Shown piece after piece: positions 19,129-28,478 of a DNA stretch of 37,645 bases (position 1 is its first letter; every line of letters starts with the position of its first letter). A model generated the notes under the pieces. It saw only the letters and a list, made by a program, of their open reading frames with translations. It did not search any database and had not been told where the DNA came from. The DNA is from Flavobacteriales bacterium (lineage in GTDB: Bacteria; Bacteroidota; Bacteroidia; Flavobacteriales_D; Parvicellaceae). The position numbers and the translations under genes are program-made. The stretch covers positions 1 through 37,645 of the forward strand of contig JALWSJ010000405.1 in NCBI GenBank assembly GCA_026993705.1. Direction: 5' to 3'.

Positions 19129-21630
19129 ATGAAGAAGTATCTTTTAATATTGAATATACTGTTTATAAGTTTGGTCTCGTTGGGTCAGAATCTAGTTCCT
19201 AATCCTAGTTTTGAAACAATAAGTAACTGTAACGACACTGTTTCGCCTAGTGTAGCCACTAGTAAAATAACTCCATGGGTTATCCCGACAGATGGTTCAG
19301 CTGATTCTTTTCATTCTTCTTGTGGTTCGGGTTGTATGGGAACGTCAACTCCATGTAATATGATATCCTATCAACCGACACATTCAGGAGTTGGTTATGC
19401 AGGTTTAATAGCTGCATCAGGAGCTTTTGGAACGATTGATAATAATAGAGAATATTTGCAAGTTCAATTGACTTCTCCTTTGGTAGCAGGACAAGATTAT
19501 TGTGTGGAGTTTTATGCTTCTTTAGCAGCTAACCCTGCTGCGGTTATTATTGCAATTAATTCACTTGGAGCATATTTGTCATCTACCCCCGTTACAGCTA
19601 GTGGAACTAATCCTCTTAATGTTACTCCGCAGGTTGTTTCTAGTTCCTATGTGTCCGACACGGTAGGATGGACATTGATTCAGTCCACTTTCACAGCGAC
19701 TGGAGGAGAACAATATATAACAATAGGGAATTTTAATGATGCTAGTTCTACTTCTACACAAACTGTTTATTCTCCCCAACCGGGAGGTCCAATGTTAAGT
19801 TATTATTTTATTGATGATGTTTCTGTTACTTCCGGAGCTTGTTCATCATCACCAGCCTGCGATTCAACCATAAACCCGTTCGGTCCTTTTTGTTCTACAG
19901 ATGTTCCTAGTAACCTAACGGCGGTAACACCTAATGGAACATGGAGTGGAACAGGTATAACTGATGCTAACGCAGGAACATTTGACCCTGCTACAGCAGG
20001 TATCGGGACGCATCAAATTACTTATACGGCACCTTGTGGTTCGTCGAATACAATTGATGTGGTTGTAAATGATTGTTCCACTATTACGGCTAGTTTTACG
20101 GCATCCAATACAAACTTATGTGTTGCCGATTGTATTAGCTTTACCAATACAAGCTCCGGTGTTGGTAATAGTGCAACGTACAGTTGGTCGTTTGCAGGAG
20201 CAACTCCAAGTACTTCAACCGATGTCAACCCGACCAATATTTGTTATCCTGCTACAGGAACGTATGACGTTACGTTGACCGTTACGGAAAATGGAAACTC
20301 CGATGATTCAGTGATGACGGGCTATGTTACCGTTGTTTCTTGTTCAACACCAATAATAGATTTTACCCCTTCGGATGATACGATTTGTCAAACCAATTGT
20401 ATCACGTTTACTAACAATAGCGGAGGTGGTTCAATCGGTAACTTTGCGTGGAGTTTTACAGGTGGAACACCATCTAGTGCTTTAGGAGCAAATCCTCCAC
20501 AAGTTTGTTATGATACACCAGGTAATTATACCGTTACATTGGTGGCAGTTGATGCTTCAAACAATGTGTTAGGGCAAAAAGATACAACCATTGTAGTAGA
20601 ATCTTGCCCGTTACCAACGGCTAATTTTACCGTAAACAATCCTAATATATGCGAAGAAGGGTGTGTAAGTTTTACCGATCAAAGTTTTGGTATGGTTGGA
20701 ACAGCGACTTATGAGTGGCAGTTCCCAGGGGCAAACACAACAACAAGTAATGCTCAAAACCCTTCGGGAATTTGTTACACCAATATAGGAACTTACGATG
20801 TTACATTAAGTGTAACCGATAATAATGGGACAGCTACAATAACAATAACCGATGCGGTAGTTGTTAGTGAGTGTGACCCTCCTGTTCCGGTGTTTACATT
20901 GCCGAGTAATGTAATCTGTACAGGGCAATGCATTAATTTTACCAATGAAAGCACCAATGCAGATTCTTATGAATGGATTTTTGAAGGAGGTTTCCCTGGT
21001 GGTTCAACCGATGAAAATCCAACCAATATTTGTTTTGAGTCAGAGGGAACTTTTGATATTCAATTGATTGCTTTTAATACGTTGACTTCCGATACGCTTC
21101 ATCATACGCTTACAGTTGCTCAACCTCCTTCTGTAACGGCTAGTGATGATGTTACAATATTTGAAGGAACAAACACCTTATTAACAGTTGAAACCGATGG
21201 CAGCACTTATCTATGGAGTCCCTCAGAAACTTTATCTTGCGATGACTGTATGTCAACGGTTGCAGAACCCGATTCTACTACCTTGTACACAATAACAGTT
21301 ACTGCAGATAACGGTTGTGCAGTAACCGATAGTGTGTTGGTTACAGTTGTTGAGGTAACGGCAATTGGAGTTCCTTCAGCTTTTTCTCCAAATGGAGACA
21401 AAGTGAACGATGTTTTGTATGTAGAAGGGGCGGGTATAGAAAAAATGAACTTTATAGTCTATAACCGATACGGAGAAAAAATATTTGAATCGAGTAAAAA
21501 ATCCTTTGGTTGGGATGGTAAGTACAAGGGGAAACCCGAAAACCCGGGAGTTTTTGTCTATACGTTGGAATATGTATTAAGAAATGGCGAAACAGGAGTC
21601 TTAAAAGGAAACGTAACACTTGTTAAGTAA
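19129..21630 (+). CDS. PKD-repeat cell-surface protein with a T9SS type-B C-terminal sorting domain
   Basis: 833 aa. It has a signal peptide and the N-terminal NLVPNPSFE... domain common in Bacteroidetes secreted proteins. Four PKD-like units follow (F..S....C....C..FTN.S.....Y.W.F.G..P..S...NP..ICY...G.Y.VTL). The C-terminus VPSAFSPNGDKVNDVLYVEG...GVFVYTLEY...GNVTLVK is type-B CTD-like. Confidence 0.85.
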   Translation: MKKYLLILNILFISLVSLGQNLVPNPSFETISNCNDTVSPSVATSKITPWVIPTDGSADSFHSSCGSGCMGTSTPCNMISYQPTHSGVGYAGLIAASGAFGTIDNNREYLQVQLTSPLVAGQDYCVEFYASLAANPAAVIIAINSLGAYLSSTPVTASGTNPLNVTPQVVSSSYVSDTVGWTLIQSTFTATGGEQYITIGNFNDASSTSTQTVYSPQPGGPMLSYYFIDDVSVTSGACSSSPACDSTINPFGPFCSTDVPSNLTAVTPNGTWSGTGITDANAGTFDPATAGIGTHQITYTAPCGSSNTIDVVVNDCSTITASFTASNTNLCVADCISFTNTSSGVGNSATYSWSFAGATPSTSTDVNPTNICYPATGTYDVTLTVTENGNSDDSVMTGYVTVVSCSTPIIDFTPSDDTICQTNCITFTNNSGGGSIGNFAWSFTGGTPSSALGANPPQVCYDTPGNYTVTLVAVDASNNVLGQKDTTIVVESCPLPTANFTVNNPNICEEGCVSFTDQSFGMVGTATYEWQFPGANTTTSNAQNPSGICYTNIGTYDVTLSVTDNNGTATITITDAVVVSECDPPVPVFTLPSNVICTGQCINFTNESTNADSYEWIFEGGFPGGSTDENPTNICFESEGTFDIQLIAFNTLTSDTLHHTLTVAQPPSVTASDDVTIFEGTNTLLTVETDGSTYLWSPSETLSCDDCMSTVAEPDSTTLYTITVTADNGCAVTDSVLVTVVEVTAIGVPSAFSPNGDKVNDVLYVEGAGIEKMNFIVYNRYGEKIFESSKKSFGWDGKYKGKPENPGVFVYTLEYVLRNGETGVLKGNVTLVK
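20074..21123 (+). repeat. Four tandem PKD-domain coding repeats
   Basis: Protein periodicity of about 88 aa across roughly aa 316-665 of the 833-aa product. Confidence 0.7.
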
Positions 21631-21637
21631 AATAGTA

Positions 21638-22645
21638 ATGAGAGGAATAATAATATTTTTATGGGTGTTGTTCATTTGTTTAGGACAAGTTGACGCACAA
21701 CAAGATAGGCACTTTAGTATGTTTAATGCTTCTCCTATAATGCTAAATCCTGGGGCGGCAGGTCTTTTTCCTGGAAATGTGCAATTGTTTACAAATTATA
21801 GAAGTCAGTGGTCGTCTATTTCCCCCAACTTGTTTACAACTACGTCGGGAACGGTAGATGCAAAATTTTATAAAAAGAAAGGTTATTATTTTGCTGGAGG
21901 GTTAAATTTTTTTAACGATGTTGCAGGTACTAGTTTAATGAAAACAGGTGTATATAATTTAAGTTTGAGTTATGGCATAGAGGTCAATGAAAACCAATAT
22001 TTAGCTTTCGGTGTTCAACCTTCGTATTTTCAACGTTCCATGGAAATGGGAACGCTGACCTGGGGAAATCAATGGACGGGAGAGCAGTTTAATATTTTAC
22101 AATCATCCGGGGAAGCTAAATTTGCCCAAAGCATAGGTAAATTTGATTTGAATACCGGCGTGTATTATTATGGGCAAGTTCAAGATAATATCCTTATTTC
22201 TGTTGGTGGTTCTGTCCATCATGTAACCAGACCGAATGTTGGTTTGTTTACCACGGACGAGAAATTATATAGAAAGTATTTGGTGAACGCATATATGGAA
22301 TATGGTGTAAGTCATACCAAGTTTTATATCGACCCGAGTATGTATGCTTTTTTTCAAGGACCTAACAAATCGATTGCCGTGGGTACGGATTTTAAATATA
22401 TGATAAAGGAAAGTTCTAAATATACAGGTTATTATGATGAGACTTCATTCTTAGTGGGTATGTATTATCGTTCAAATGATTCTTTTTATACTAAGGTGGG
22501 TCTTAATTGGAGCGGTTTTTCTTTTGGTGCTGCTTACGATATTAATATTTCTTCTCTTTCTATTGCAACCAATGGATTGGGAGGAATGGAATTTTTCCTT
22601 CGATATAGGATTGGTTTTAAAGGGCGTTATAGTGGATTTAAGTAA
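21638..22645 (+). CDS. PorP/SprF-family type IX secretion system membrane protein (second copy)
   Basis: MRGIIIFLWVLFICLGQVDAQQDRHFSMFNASPIMLNPGAAG matches the PorP/SprF N-terminal signature. The ATG at 21638 is preferred over the TTG at 21620, which overlaps the upstream stop. Confidence 0.8.
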   Translation: MRGIIIFLWVLFICLGQVDAQQDRHFSMFNASPIMLNPGAAGLFPGNVQLFTNYRSQWSSISPNLFTTTSGTVDAKFYKKKGYYFAGGLNFFNDVAGTSLMKTGVYNLSLSYGIEVNENQYLAFGVQPSYFQRSMEMGTLTWGNQWTGEQFNILQSSGEAKFAQSIGKFDLNTGVYYYGQVQDNILISVGGSVHHVTRPNVGLFTTDEKLYRKYLVNAYMEYGVSHTKFYIDPSMYAFFQGPNKSIAVGTDFKYMIKESSKYTGYYDETSFLVGMYYRSNDSFYTKVGLNWSGFSFGAAYDINISSLSIATNGLGGMEFFLRYRIGFKGRYSGFK

Positions 22646-22648
22646 GAT

Positions 22649-23077
22649 ATGTACTCAAGAGTTTTTTTTCGTTTGATTTTATTGTTTTTATTGTTGGTTT
22701 CTGTTTCGTCACTTTATGGAGGAATAGACTATTTTTCTCAGTATGACACTCATCCAGTACACGTTGTTTCGGTTGTAAAACCAAGTTTGGATACTTTACC
22801 TGTTAAGATTTATGTTTCGTTTACGATAGGATCACAAGGAGAGGTATACAACGTTAAAGTAGCCAAGATAAAGTGTATGTCTTGTGGGGAGAAAAAGAGT
22901 AAAGAAGAAAAGGAAATGATAAAACAACTAAAAAAAGAGTGTGTTAGAGTAGTAAAGAATATGCCGAATTGGGAGCCTCGCGATACTCCAGTTAGGTACA
23001 TTGTGCCTATAAGCTTTGTGTATAAAGACGGGGATTCTTCTCCTGTTTATTTAGATCAAAGTGATTTTATGAAGTAA
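22649..23077 (+). CDS. Hypothetical exported/membrane-anchored small protein
   Basis: 142 aa with a hydrophobic N-terminus, starting 3 nt after the PorP/SprF stop. The motif-level resemblance to a TonB-C-like fold is weak and unverified. Confidence 0.5.
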   Translation: MYSRVFFRLILLFLLLVSVSSLYGGIDYFSQYDTHPVHVVSVVKPSLDTLPVKIYVSFTIGSQGEVYNVKVAKIKCMSCGEKKSKEEKEMIKQLKKECVRVVKNMPNWEPRDTPVRYIVPISFVYKDGDSSPVYLDQSDFMK

Positions 23078-23130
23078 TCTAATTTTATTTTTATTCCCAA
23101 ACTGTAAATAACTTTTTCAAAAAATATTTT

Positions 23131-23305
23131 CATAATGGGAGCTATGCAAAGATTTTTTTTTATTCTGCGTTAGGGATAAGAACGGCATCCTTTTGCCCTC
23201 CCTCCTTTTGGAGGGCAAAAGATATAGTGGATAGCCCGACCCTCATTTGCAGATGAAGTGTTTCGCGTGAGCGATATTCTTCATTTGCAAATGAGGGGAA
23301 CGCCC
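23131..23305 (-). repeat. Structured intergenic element, copy D
   Basis: Reverse complement reads TTTGGGCGTTCCC, hairpin 1 (CCTCATTTGCAAATGAAG..CTTCATCTGCAAATGAGG), GTCGGGCTATCCACTATAT, hairpin 2 (CTTTTGCCCTCC..GGAGGGCAAAAG), GATGCCGTTCTTATCCCTAACGCA, then a short tail with TCTTTGCATAGCTCCC. Confidence 0.85.
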
Positions 23306-23315
23306 AAAAAATAAT

Positions 23316-23323
23316 TAACTTTG
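23316..23323 (+). promoter_or_regulatory. Candidate -7 promoter box (TAnnTTTG) for rarA
   Basis: TAACTTTG lies 27 nt upstream of the rarA ATG, inside a 21-23 nt motif also found upstream of the CDS at 19129. Confidence 0.35.
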
Positions 23324-23349
23324 TCCTACACAAATTTAAGACCGATATA

Positions 23350-24627
23350 ATGAATACTATTCCTCTTGCCGAACGGATGCGTCCCACTTCTTTGAACGAT
23401 TATTTTGGGCAACAACATTTAGTAGGAGAGGGGAAACCTTTGAGAAAGGCGATTGAAAGCGGTAGTCTTCCTTCTATGCTTTTTTGGGGGCCTCCGGGAG
23501 TAGGTAAGACAACATTGGCTCAGATTATCTCGGAAACACTTGACCGTCCGTTTTATACGCTGTCGGCTATTAATAGTGGGGTAAAGGATATTCGAGAGGT
23601 AATCAATAAGGTGCAAAATCAAGGAATGTTTGGGGGTAGAAATGCGGTGCTTTTTATTGATGAAATTCATCGGTTTAGTAAGTCGCAACAAGATTCTTTG
23701 CTGAACGCCGTAGAAAAAGGAATTATTACGCTGATTGGTGCTACGACTGAAAATCCTTCTTTTGAAGTGATTTCGGCTCTTTTGTCGCGTTGTCAGACGT
23801 ATATTTTGAAACCGCATACTAAAGAAGATTTGGAAGCCTTGTTGTACAGAGCATTGGAGCAGGATTCGTTTTTGAAATCGAAGCAAATTGTACTAAAAGG
23901 AACGGATGCTTTACTTAGAATATCGGGTGGAGATGCTCGTAAATTGTTGAATAGTTTGGAGATTGCCGTATTGGCTTTGCCTGAACATCAAAATGAAATT
24001 ACAAATGATTTTGTGTTGGAGAATGTACAGCAAAGTTTGAGTAATTATGATAAAGCGGGTGAACAGCATTATGATATTGCTTCGGCTATGATTAAGTCGA
24101 TACGAGGTAGTGACCCGAATGGTGCTTTGTATTGGATGGCTAGAATGATTGAGGGCGGAGAAGAACCTAAATTTATTGCTCGAAGGTTACTGATTTTAGC
24201 ATCGGAAGATATTGGGAATGCTAACCCTACGGCTTTGGTTATTGCCAATACTTGTTTTGATGCGGTGTCTAAAATCGGATGGCCGGAAAGTCGTATTATT
24301 CTATCGCAGTGTGTTACTTATTTGGCGTCTTCTCCCAAAAGTAATGCTTCTTATATAGCAATCAATAAAGCACAAGAGGTGGTTAGGCAAACGGGTGATT
24401 TACCGGTGCCGATTCATCTTAGAAATGCTCCAACGAAGTTGATGAAGGATATTGGCTATGGTGCTGATTATCAATATTCACACGATAATCAAGATAAATT
24501 ACACGAACAAGAGTTTTTGCCTAAAGGATTGGAAAATTCTGTGTTTTATCAACCGAAATTAAACAGACGAGAACAGGACTTAAAAAAATATTTGCATTTC
24601 GTTTGGAAAGGAAAATATGGGTATTAA
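23350..24627 (+). CDS. rarA: Replication-associated recombination protein A (AAA+ ATPase)
   Basis: 425 aa with Walker A GPPGVGKTT, Walker B LFIDEIHRF and the MgsA C-terminal block (HYD..SA..KS.RGSD..A..YW..RM). Confidence 0.92.
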   Translation: MNTIPLAERMRPTSLNDYFGQQHLVGEGKPLRKAIESGSLPSMLFWGPPGVGKTTLAQIISETLDRPFYTLSAINSGVKDIREVINKVQNQGMFGGRNAVLFIDEIHRFSKSQQDSLLNAVEKGIITLIGATTENPSFEVISALLSRCQTYILKPHTKEDLEALLYRALEQDSFLKSKQIVLKGTDALLRISGGDARKLLNSLEIAVLALPEHQNEITNDFVLENVQQSLSNYDKAGEQHYDIASAMIKSIRGSDPNGALYWMARMIEGGEEPKFIARRLLILASEDIGNANPTALVIANTCFDAVSKIGWPESRIILSQCVTYLASSPKSNASYIAINKAQEVVRQTGDLPVPIHLRNAPTKLMKDIGYGADYQYSHDNQDKLHEQEFLPKGLENSVFYQPKLNRREQDLKKYLHFVWKGKYGY

Positions 24628-24689
24628 AAGATAAAAAACGGTGTAGGTGTTTTAAATTTTAGTATTTTTAAAACCACCGAAGGGATATT

Positions 24690-26648
24690 ATGCTCATAGT
24701 GTTGAATGTTAATGGTATAACGAAAAAATTGATTTCATATAATTCATATAAGTTTGTGAAAATTATCCTTTTCTTTTGTGGGATACTCATTTATGTGTCG
24801 GGTACTTATGCACAAGAATATACGTTTGACAAGTTAAAACCAGTTATTAACAAGCTCATCAAGGAGGATATTGATTCAGCGTTTGTGCTTTCTAAACGTT
24901 TGGAAGAAGATGCGATAAAAAGAGGTGATTCTTTGGATTTAATGGAAGCTTATAACTACTTGGGGTTTATTAATATAGAGAAAGGAGACTATTATCTTGG
25001 TCAGGATTTTTTGAAAAAGGCGATAGAACTTCGCGAAAAATTTGCTACGCCTTGCGAAACGGCTATTACTTTTGCTACATTAGGTAGGGCTTATCATAAA
25101 ACGCGTGATTATGATGAAGCTATTGCATATTATATCAAAGCGATAGAAATTCTCGGAGCAGATACGTCTTATGAGTGTATTTATTCTCCGATGATAAATC
25201 TTACGAAATTGTATTTGGATGTCGGAAAGTATGATAAAGCAAAAGAGATGATAGGTAAAACAAAATTTGTTTTAATACATATTGCTGATACTTTGGCGAA
25301 ATATCGTTATCAAAATTTACAGGGCTTGTATTATTTGGATGTCGGAGATTTGGATTCTGCAACGTATTATTTTAATCATTTTTTAGATTATAGTTTGGAT
25401 TATGGAACCCAAAATGATTTGGCTAATGCTTACAATAATTTAGCTATTGTCTATTTTAATATAGGTGATTACGGAAAATCGAAATATAATTTTGATAAAG
25501 CTTTTGAGGTAAGACAAAGTCAAGGGGATACGTCAAAAATTATGGAAAGCCTGTTGAATTTGGGTTTTTATCATCAGTCATTAAATCATCCGAAAAAAGC
25601 ACTTTTTTATTACACGGAAGGACTAAAACTTGCAAAAGCTACACATTCTATTTTTGATTTAAGGGATTTTTATAGTGGTTTGATTGATGTGTATAAGATG
25701 CTGGGAGACAAGGATGAAATAATAGAGATGTATGTGAATTATGTTGATTATTTTCAGCAAGCATTAAAAAAATCGAATGAAGATAAGATAGAGGAATTAT
25801 CTGCAAAATATAAGTATCAACAACAAAAACAAGAGATTGAACTTAGTAAGGAAAATAATAAGAAATTACAAGCCTTGAATGCTCGGATTTTGGAAGAGAA
25901 AAATCATATAAAAAGACAAAATTATATGTTGTGGGGCTTGTTGGTATTACTGCTGATAAGTGCTGATTTTATATATAGATATTTGAATAAAAATAAAAAA
26001 TTGGAAACAGATTTAGAAATTACTACGCTGGATAATGAGGAAAAGACTATTTTAATAAAAGAAATTCATCATCGGGTAAAAAATAATCTTCAAATCATAA
26101 CGAGTTTACTTCGCCTGCAGGCTTCTACGATTGAGGATACTTCTGTTGCTAATCATTTTATTGATTGTCAACAAAGGGTTGCGGCTATGGCTTTGGTGCA
26201 TGAAAAATTATATATGAGTAATGATTTGAGTGCGGTTAATCTTCCGGAATATGTCAATGAGCTTATTCGGAATTTAGTGGCTTCTTACGCTACGGGGCAA
26301 AGAGTTGCTGTAAAAACAAACCTTGAGATTGAACGGCTTGAACTAGATACGGTTATACCGTTAAGTTTAATTGTCAATGAAACAGTTACCAATTCTTTTA
26401 AGCATGGTAAACCAAACTTTCAGCAGGATGATTTTACAATTTATTGTGAAATGACCTTAAAGGATAATGTGATAACTATGATAATTGGCGATAACGGCGT
26501 TGGTTTTCCTGAAGGATTTAGTTTGAAAAATAATGGAACGCTAGGAACAGAATTAATAGATACATTGATAGAACAAATAGATGGCGAAGTGGAGATATTA
26601 AACGATAGAAAAGGAGCGTTTTATAAAATTGTTTTTCCGTTTGAATAG
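24690..26648 (+). CDS. TPR-repeat sensor histidine kinase (HisKA_2 type)
   Basis: 652 aa with an N-terminal TM segment, multiple TPR-like repeats, a coiled coil and a second TM segment. It carries the H-box EIHHRVKNNLQIITSLLRLQ and an HATPase_c domain with GDNGVGFP. Confidence 0.85.
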   Translation: MLIVLNVNGITKKLISYNSYKFVKIILFFCGILIYVSGTYAQEYTFDKLKPVINKLIKEDIDSAFVLSKRLEEDAIKRGDSLDLMEAYNYLGFINIEKGDYYLGQDFLKKAIELREKFATPCETAITFATLGRAYHKTRDYDEAIAYYIKAIEILGADTSYECIYSPMINLTKLYLDVGKYDKAKEMIGKTKFVLIHIADTLAKYRYQNLQGLYYLDVGDLDSATYYFNHFLDYSLDYGTQNDLANAYNNLAIVYFNIGDYGKSKYNFDKAFEVRQSQGDTSKIMESLLNLGFYHQSLNHPKKALFYYTEGLKLAKATHSIFDLRDFYSGLIDVYKMLGDKDEIIEMYVNYVDYFQQALKKSNEDKIEELSAKYKYQQQKQEIELSKENNKKLQALNARILEEKNHIKRQNYMLWGLLVLLLISADFIYRYLNKNKKLETDLEITTLDNEEKTILIKEIHHRVKNNLQIITSLLRLQASTIEDTSVANHFIDCQQRVAAMALVHEKLYMSNDLSAVNLPEYVNELIRNLVASYATGQRVAVKTNLEIERLELDTVIPLSLIVNETVTNSFKHGKPNFQQDDFTIYCEMTLKDNVITMIIGDNGVGFPEGFSLKNNGTLGTELIDTLIEQIDGEVEILNDRKGAFYKIVFPFE

Positions 26649-26675
26649 GTTGTTGCTTCTTTGTAGCTCAACAAG

Positions 26676-26703
26676 AAAAGCCCAACACTTAGTGTTGGGC
26701 TTT
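26676..26703. terminator. Bidirectional rho-independent terminator between convergent genes
   Basis: AAAAGCCCAACAC-TTA-GTGTTGGGCTTT: perfect 9-bp GC-rich stem flanked by an A-run and a T-run. Confidence 0.65.
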
Positions 26704-26707
26704 GCAA

Positions 26708-27535
26708 TTATTTGTAATTTTTAATTTCTGTTTTTACATCTAAAAGTGTCAATTTTGCTTCATCTATATCTTTTCGGATATTTTTCTTTTTTTTCTTGAT
26801 GGTTTCAAGAAACTTTTTTCGAAGTTCTTTTTCGGCTTTTAGCTCATCTATCTTTTCATTGTTTCTTGCTATGTGATCTCTCAAGTTTTCAATCTTAAAA
26901 TTGATGTCATTTTTTTTAATGGAGTCTTGACTAGCTTCAGCTTTTATACTTAGTTTTTCATTTTTCTTTTCAATGCTTCTAACTCTTTTTTGATTAACTA
27001 AAATTTTATTTCTACTCTTGTTTACTTTTTTATTAGCTCTTTTTTCTTCTTTTTTGAGCATCTTCAAATCCTTTGTCCTGCTTTTGATATACACAGGTAA
27101 AAAGTCATTGTAATAATTATAAACGAAAAACTGAGTAAATTTTTCTAAGCGTTTAAAATCTTCGGGATAATGATTGCTTGTTAGATAAACATCATACCCC
27201 AATTTGTAGGCTATATTAACAGAAATCTTGTTATCTGTACGATAAATAAAAGTGATTAAATCACCTCGCTTATCGGTGATTTGATTTACAACGACTTTTT
27301 TTACTGTGTAAATATTTTTTTTGCGGTGAACTCGTCTATGGGTTTGTTTTTTGATAAAGTTCGCCCAAGATTTCTTTATTTGTTTTTCGTTTCCTTTTAA
27401 AACGGTATTTCCCACATTGATTTCAATGCCATCAACTAATAAATGGGTTTCTTTAAAATTAACTAATGAGTCTTGTGCCTTAATGGTTAAGACATTGATA
27501 AAAATTAATAATGTTACTGCTGTAAATGTTTTCAT
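26708..27535 (-). CDS. Hypothetical secreted protein with a Lys-rich coiled-coil C-terminal half
   Basis: 275 aa with the signal-like N-terminus MKTFTAVTLLIFINVLTIKAQ. The C-terminal half is extremely K/E/N-rich with heptad-like character. Confidence 0.55.
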   Translation of the reverse strand: MKTFTAVTLLIFINVLTIKAQDSLVNFKETHLLVDGIEINVGNTVLKGNEKQIKKSWANFIKKQTHRRVHRKKNIYTVKKVVVNQITDKRGDLITFIYRTDNKISVNIAYKLGYDVYLTSNHYPEDFKRLEKFTQFFVYNYYNDFLPVYIKSRTKDLKMLKKEEKRANKKVNKSRNKILVNQKRVRSIEKKNEKLSIKAEASQDSIKKNDINFKIENLRDHIARNNEKIDELKAEKELRKKFLETIKKKKKNIRKDIDEAKLTLLDVKTEIKNYK

Positions 27536-27650
27536 AATTCTAATTTATTATTGTGTTACCACTTAAAAAAATTGGAACTAGGGTATTCGCTTTCAAATAC
27601 CAAAAACAAAAAGAAGATAACACATTGTTTACTTTATCTGTTTTTATTTC

Positions 27651-27684
27651 AAAAAAAAGTCGCGTCCGAAAGGACACGACTTTT
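27651..27684 (-). terminator. Rho-independent terminator of the peroxiredoxin gene
   Basis: The minus strand reads AAAAGTCGTGTCC-TTTC-GGACGCGACTTTTTTTT (one G-U pair), 44 nt downstream of the stop. Confidence 0.6.
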
Positions 27685-27727
27685 ATCCTAATTTTATTTT
27701 AATGACTTTTAAATGATAGTCTTTCTT

Positions 27728-28357
27728 TTAGTGTGTAGCTAAATATTCTGCAACGCCTTCGTGTGTAGCTTTTAGTCCTTCTGCACCTTGGTTCCAGTTT
27801 GCCGGACAAGCCTCACCATTTTCTTCTACAAATTGAAGAGCATCTACCATTCTTAACGCTTCTTCAACACTTCTACCTAGAGGTAAGTCGTTAACTAGTT
27901 GATGTCTAACAATTCCTTCTTTATCAATAAGGAATAAACCTCTGTAAGCGATTAATTCGCCGGTAGCTGACCAATTACCTTCTTCATCCCAATCATACTC
28001 ACCAGCAAGTACATCATAGTTCATAGAAATGGTTTTGTTGGTATCTGCAACCAATGGATAAGTTATACCTTCGATTCCACCTTTGTTTTTAGGTAATTGT
28101 AACCATCCCCAATGCGATTGTTCTGTATCTGTTGACACAGCAATAACCTCAACATTTCTATTCTTAAATTCTTCTAATTTTTCTTGGAATGCAAACAATT
28201 CAGTAGGGCATACGAAAGTAAAATCTTTTGGATAAAAGAATAATACCACATATTTCCCTTTGAATTGTTCTAACGAAAAGTTTTCTACTATTTCGTTGCC
28301 GTTTATTACTGCTTGTGCAGTAAAATTAGGTGCTTTTCTTCCTACTAATACTCCCAT
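27728..28357 (-). CDS. Typical 2-Cys peroxiredoxin (AhpC/Tsa family)
   Basis: 209 aa with the peroxidatic Cys motif DFTFVCPTE and a resolving Cys in GEACPANW. Confidence 0.92.
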   Translation of the reverse strand: MGVLVGRKAPNFTAQAVINGNEIVENFSLEQFKGKYVVLFFYPKDFTFVCPTELFAFQEKLEEFKNRNVEVIAVSTDTEQSHWGWLQLPKNKGGIEGITYPLVADTNKTISMNYDVLAGEYDWDEEGNWSATGELIAYRGLFLIDKEGIVRHQLVNDLPLGRSVEEALRMVDALQFVEENGEACPANWNQGAEGLKATHEGVAEYLATH

Positions 28358-28393
28358 TTTATTTGTTTTTTAGTTTATTGATATAATGTGCTA

Positions 28394-28401
28394 CAAAATT
28401 A
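28394..28401 (-). promoter_or_regulatory. Candidate -7 promoter box (TAnnTTTG) for the peroxiredoxin gene
   Basis: Plus strand CAAAATTA equals TAATTTTG on the minus strand, 37 nt upstream of the ATG. Confidence 0.3.
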
Positions 28402-28478
28402 ATACTTATTATTTATAATTATTCTAAAAACAAGTTCATTTTTTCATAAACATTGTTAAAAATAATCAGTGTTATGAG

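Noticed and set aside
23160-23387. 75-aa minus-strand ORF, together with the 65-aa ORF 33757..33954 and the 108-aa ORF 33565..33891, lying over the structured elements
   Set aside because: They run straight through element copies D and E. Two of them end in the same ...(L/P)IPNAE peptide only because they translate the conserved box 3. They show low-complexity composition and no start context, so they are repeat-derived artefacts rather than genes.
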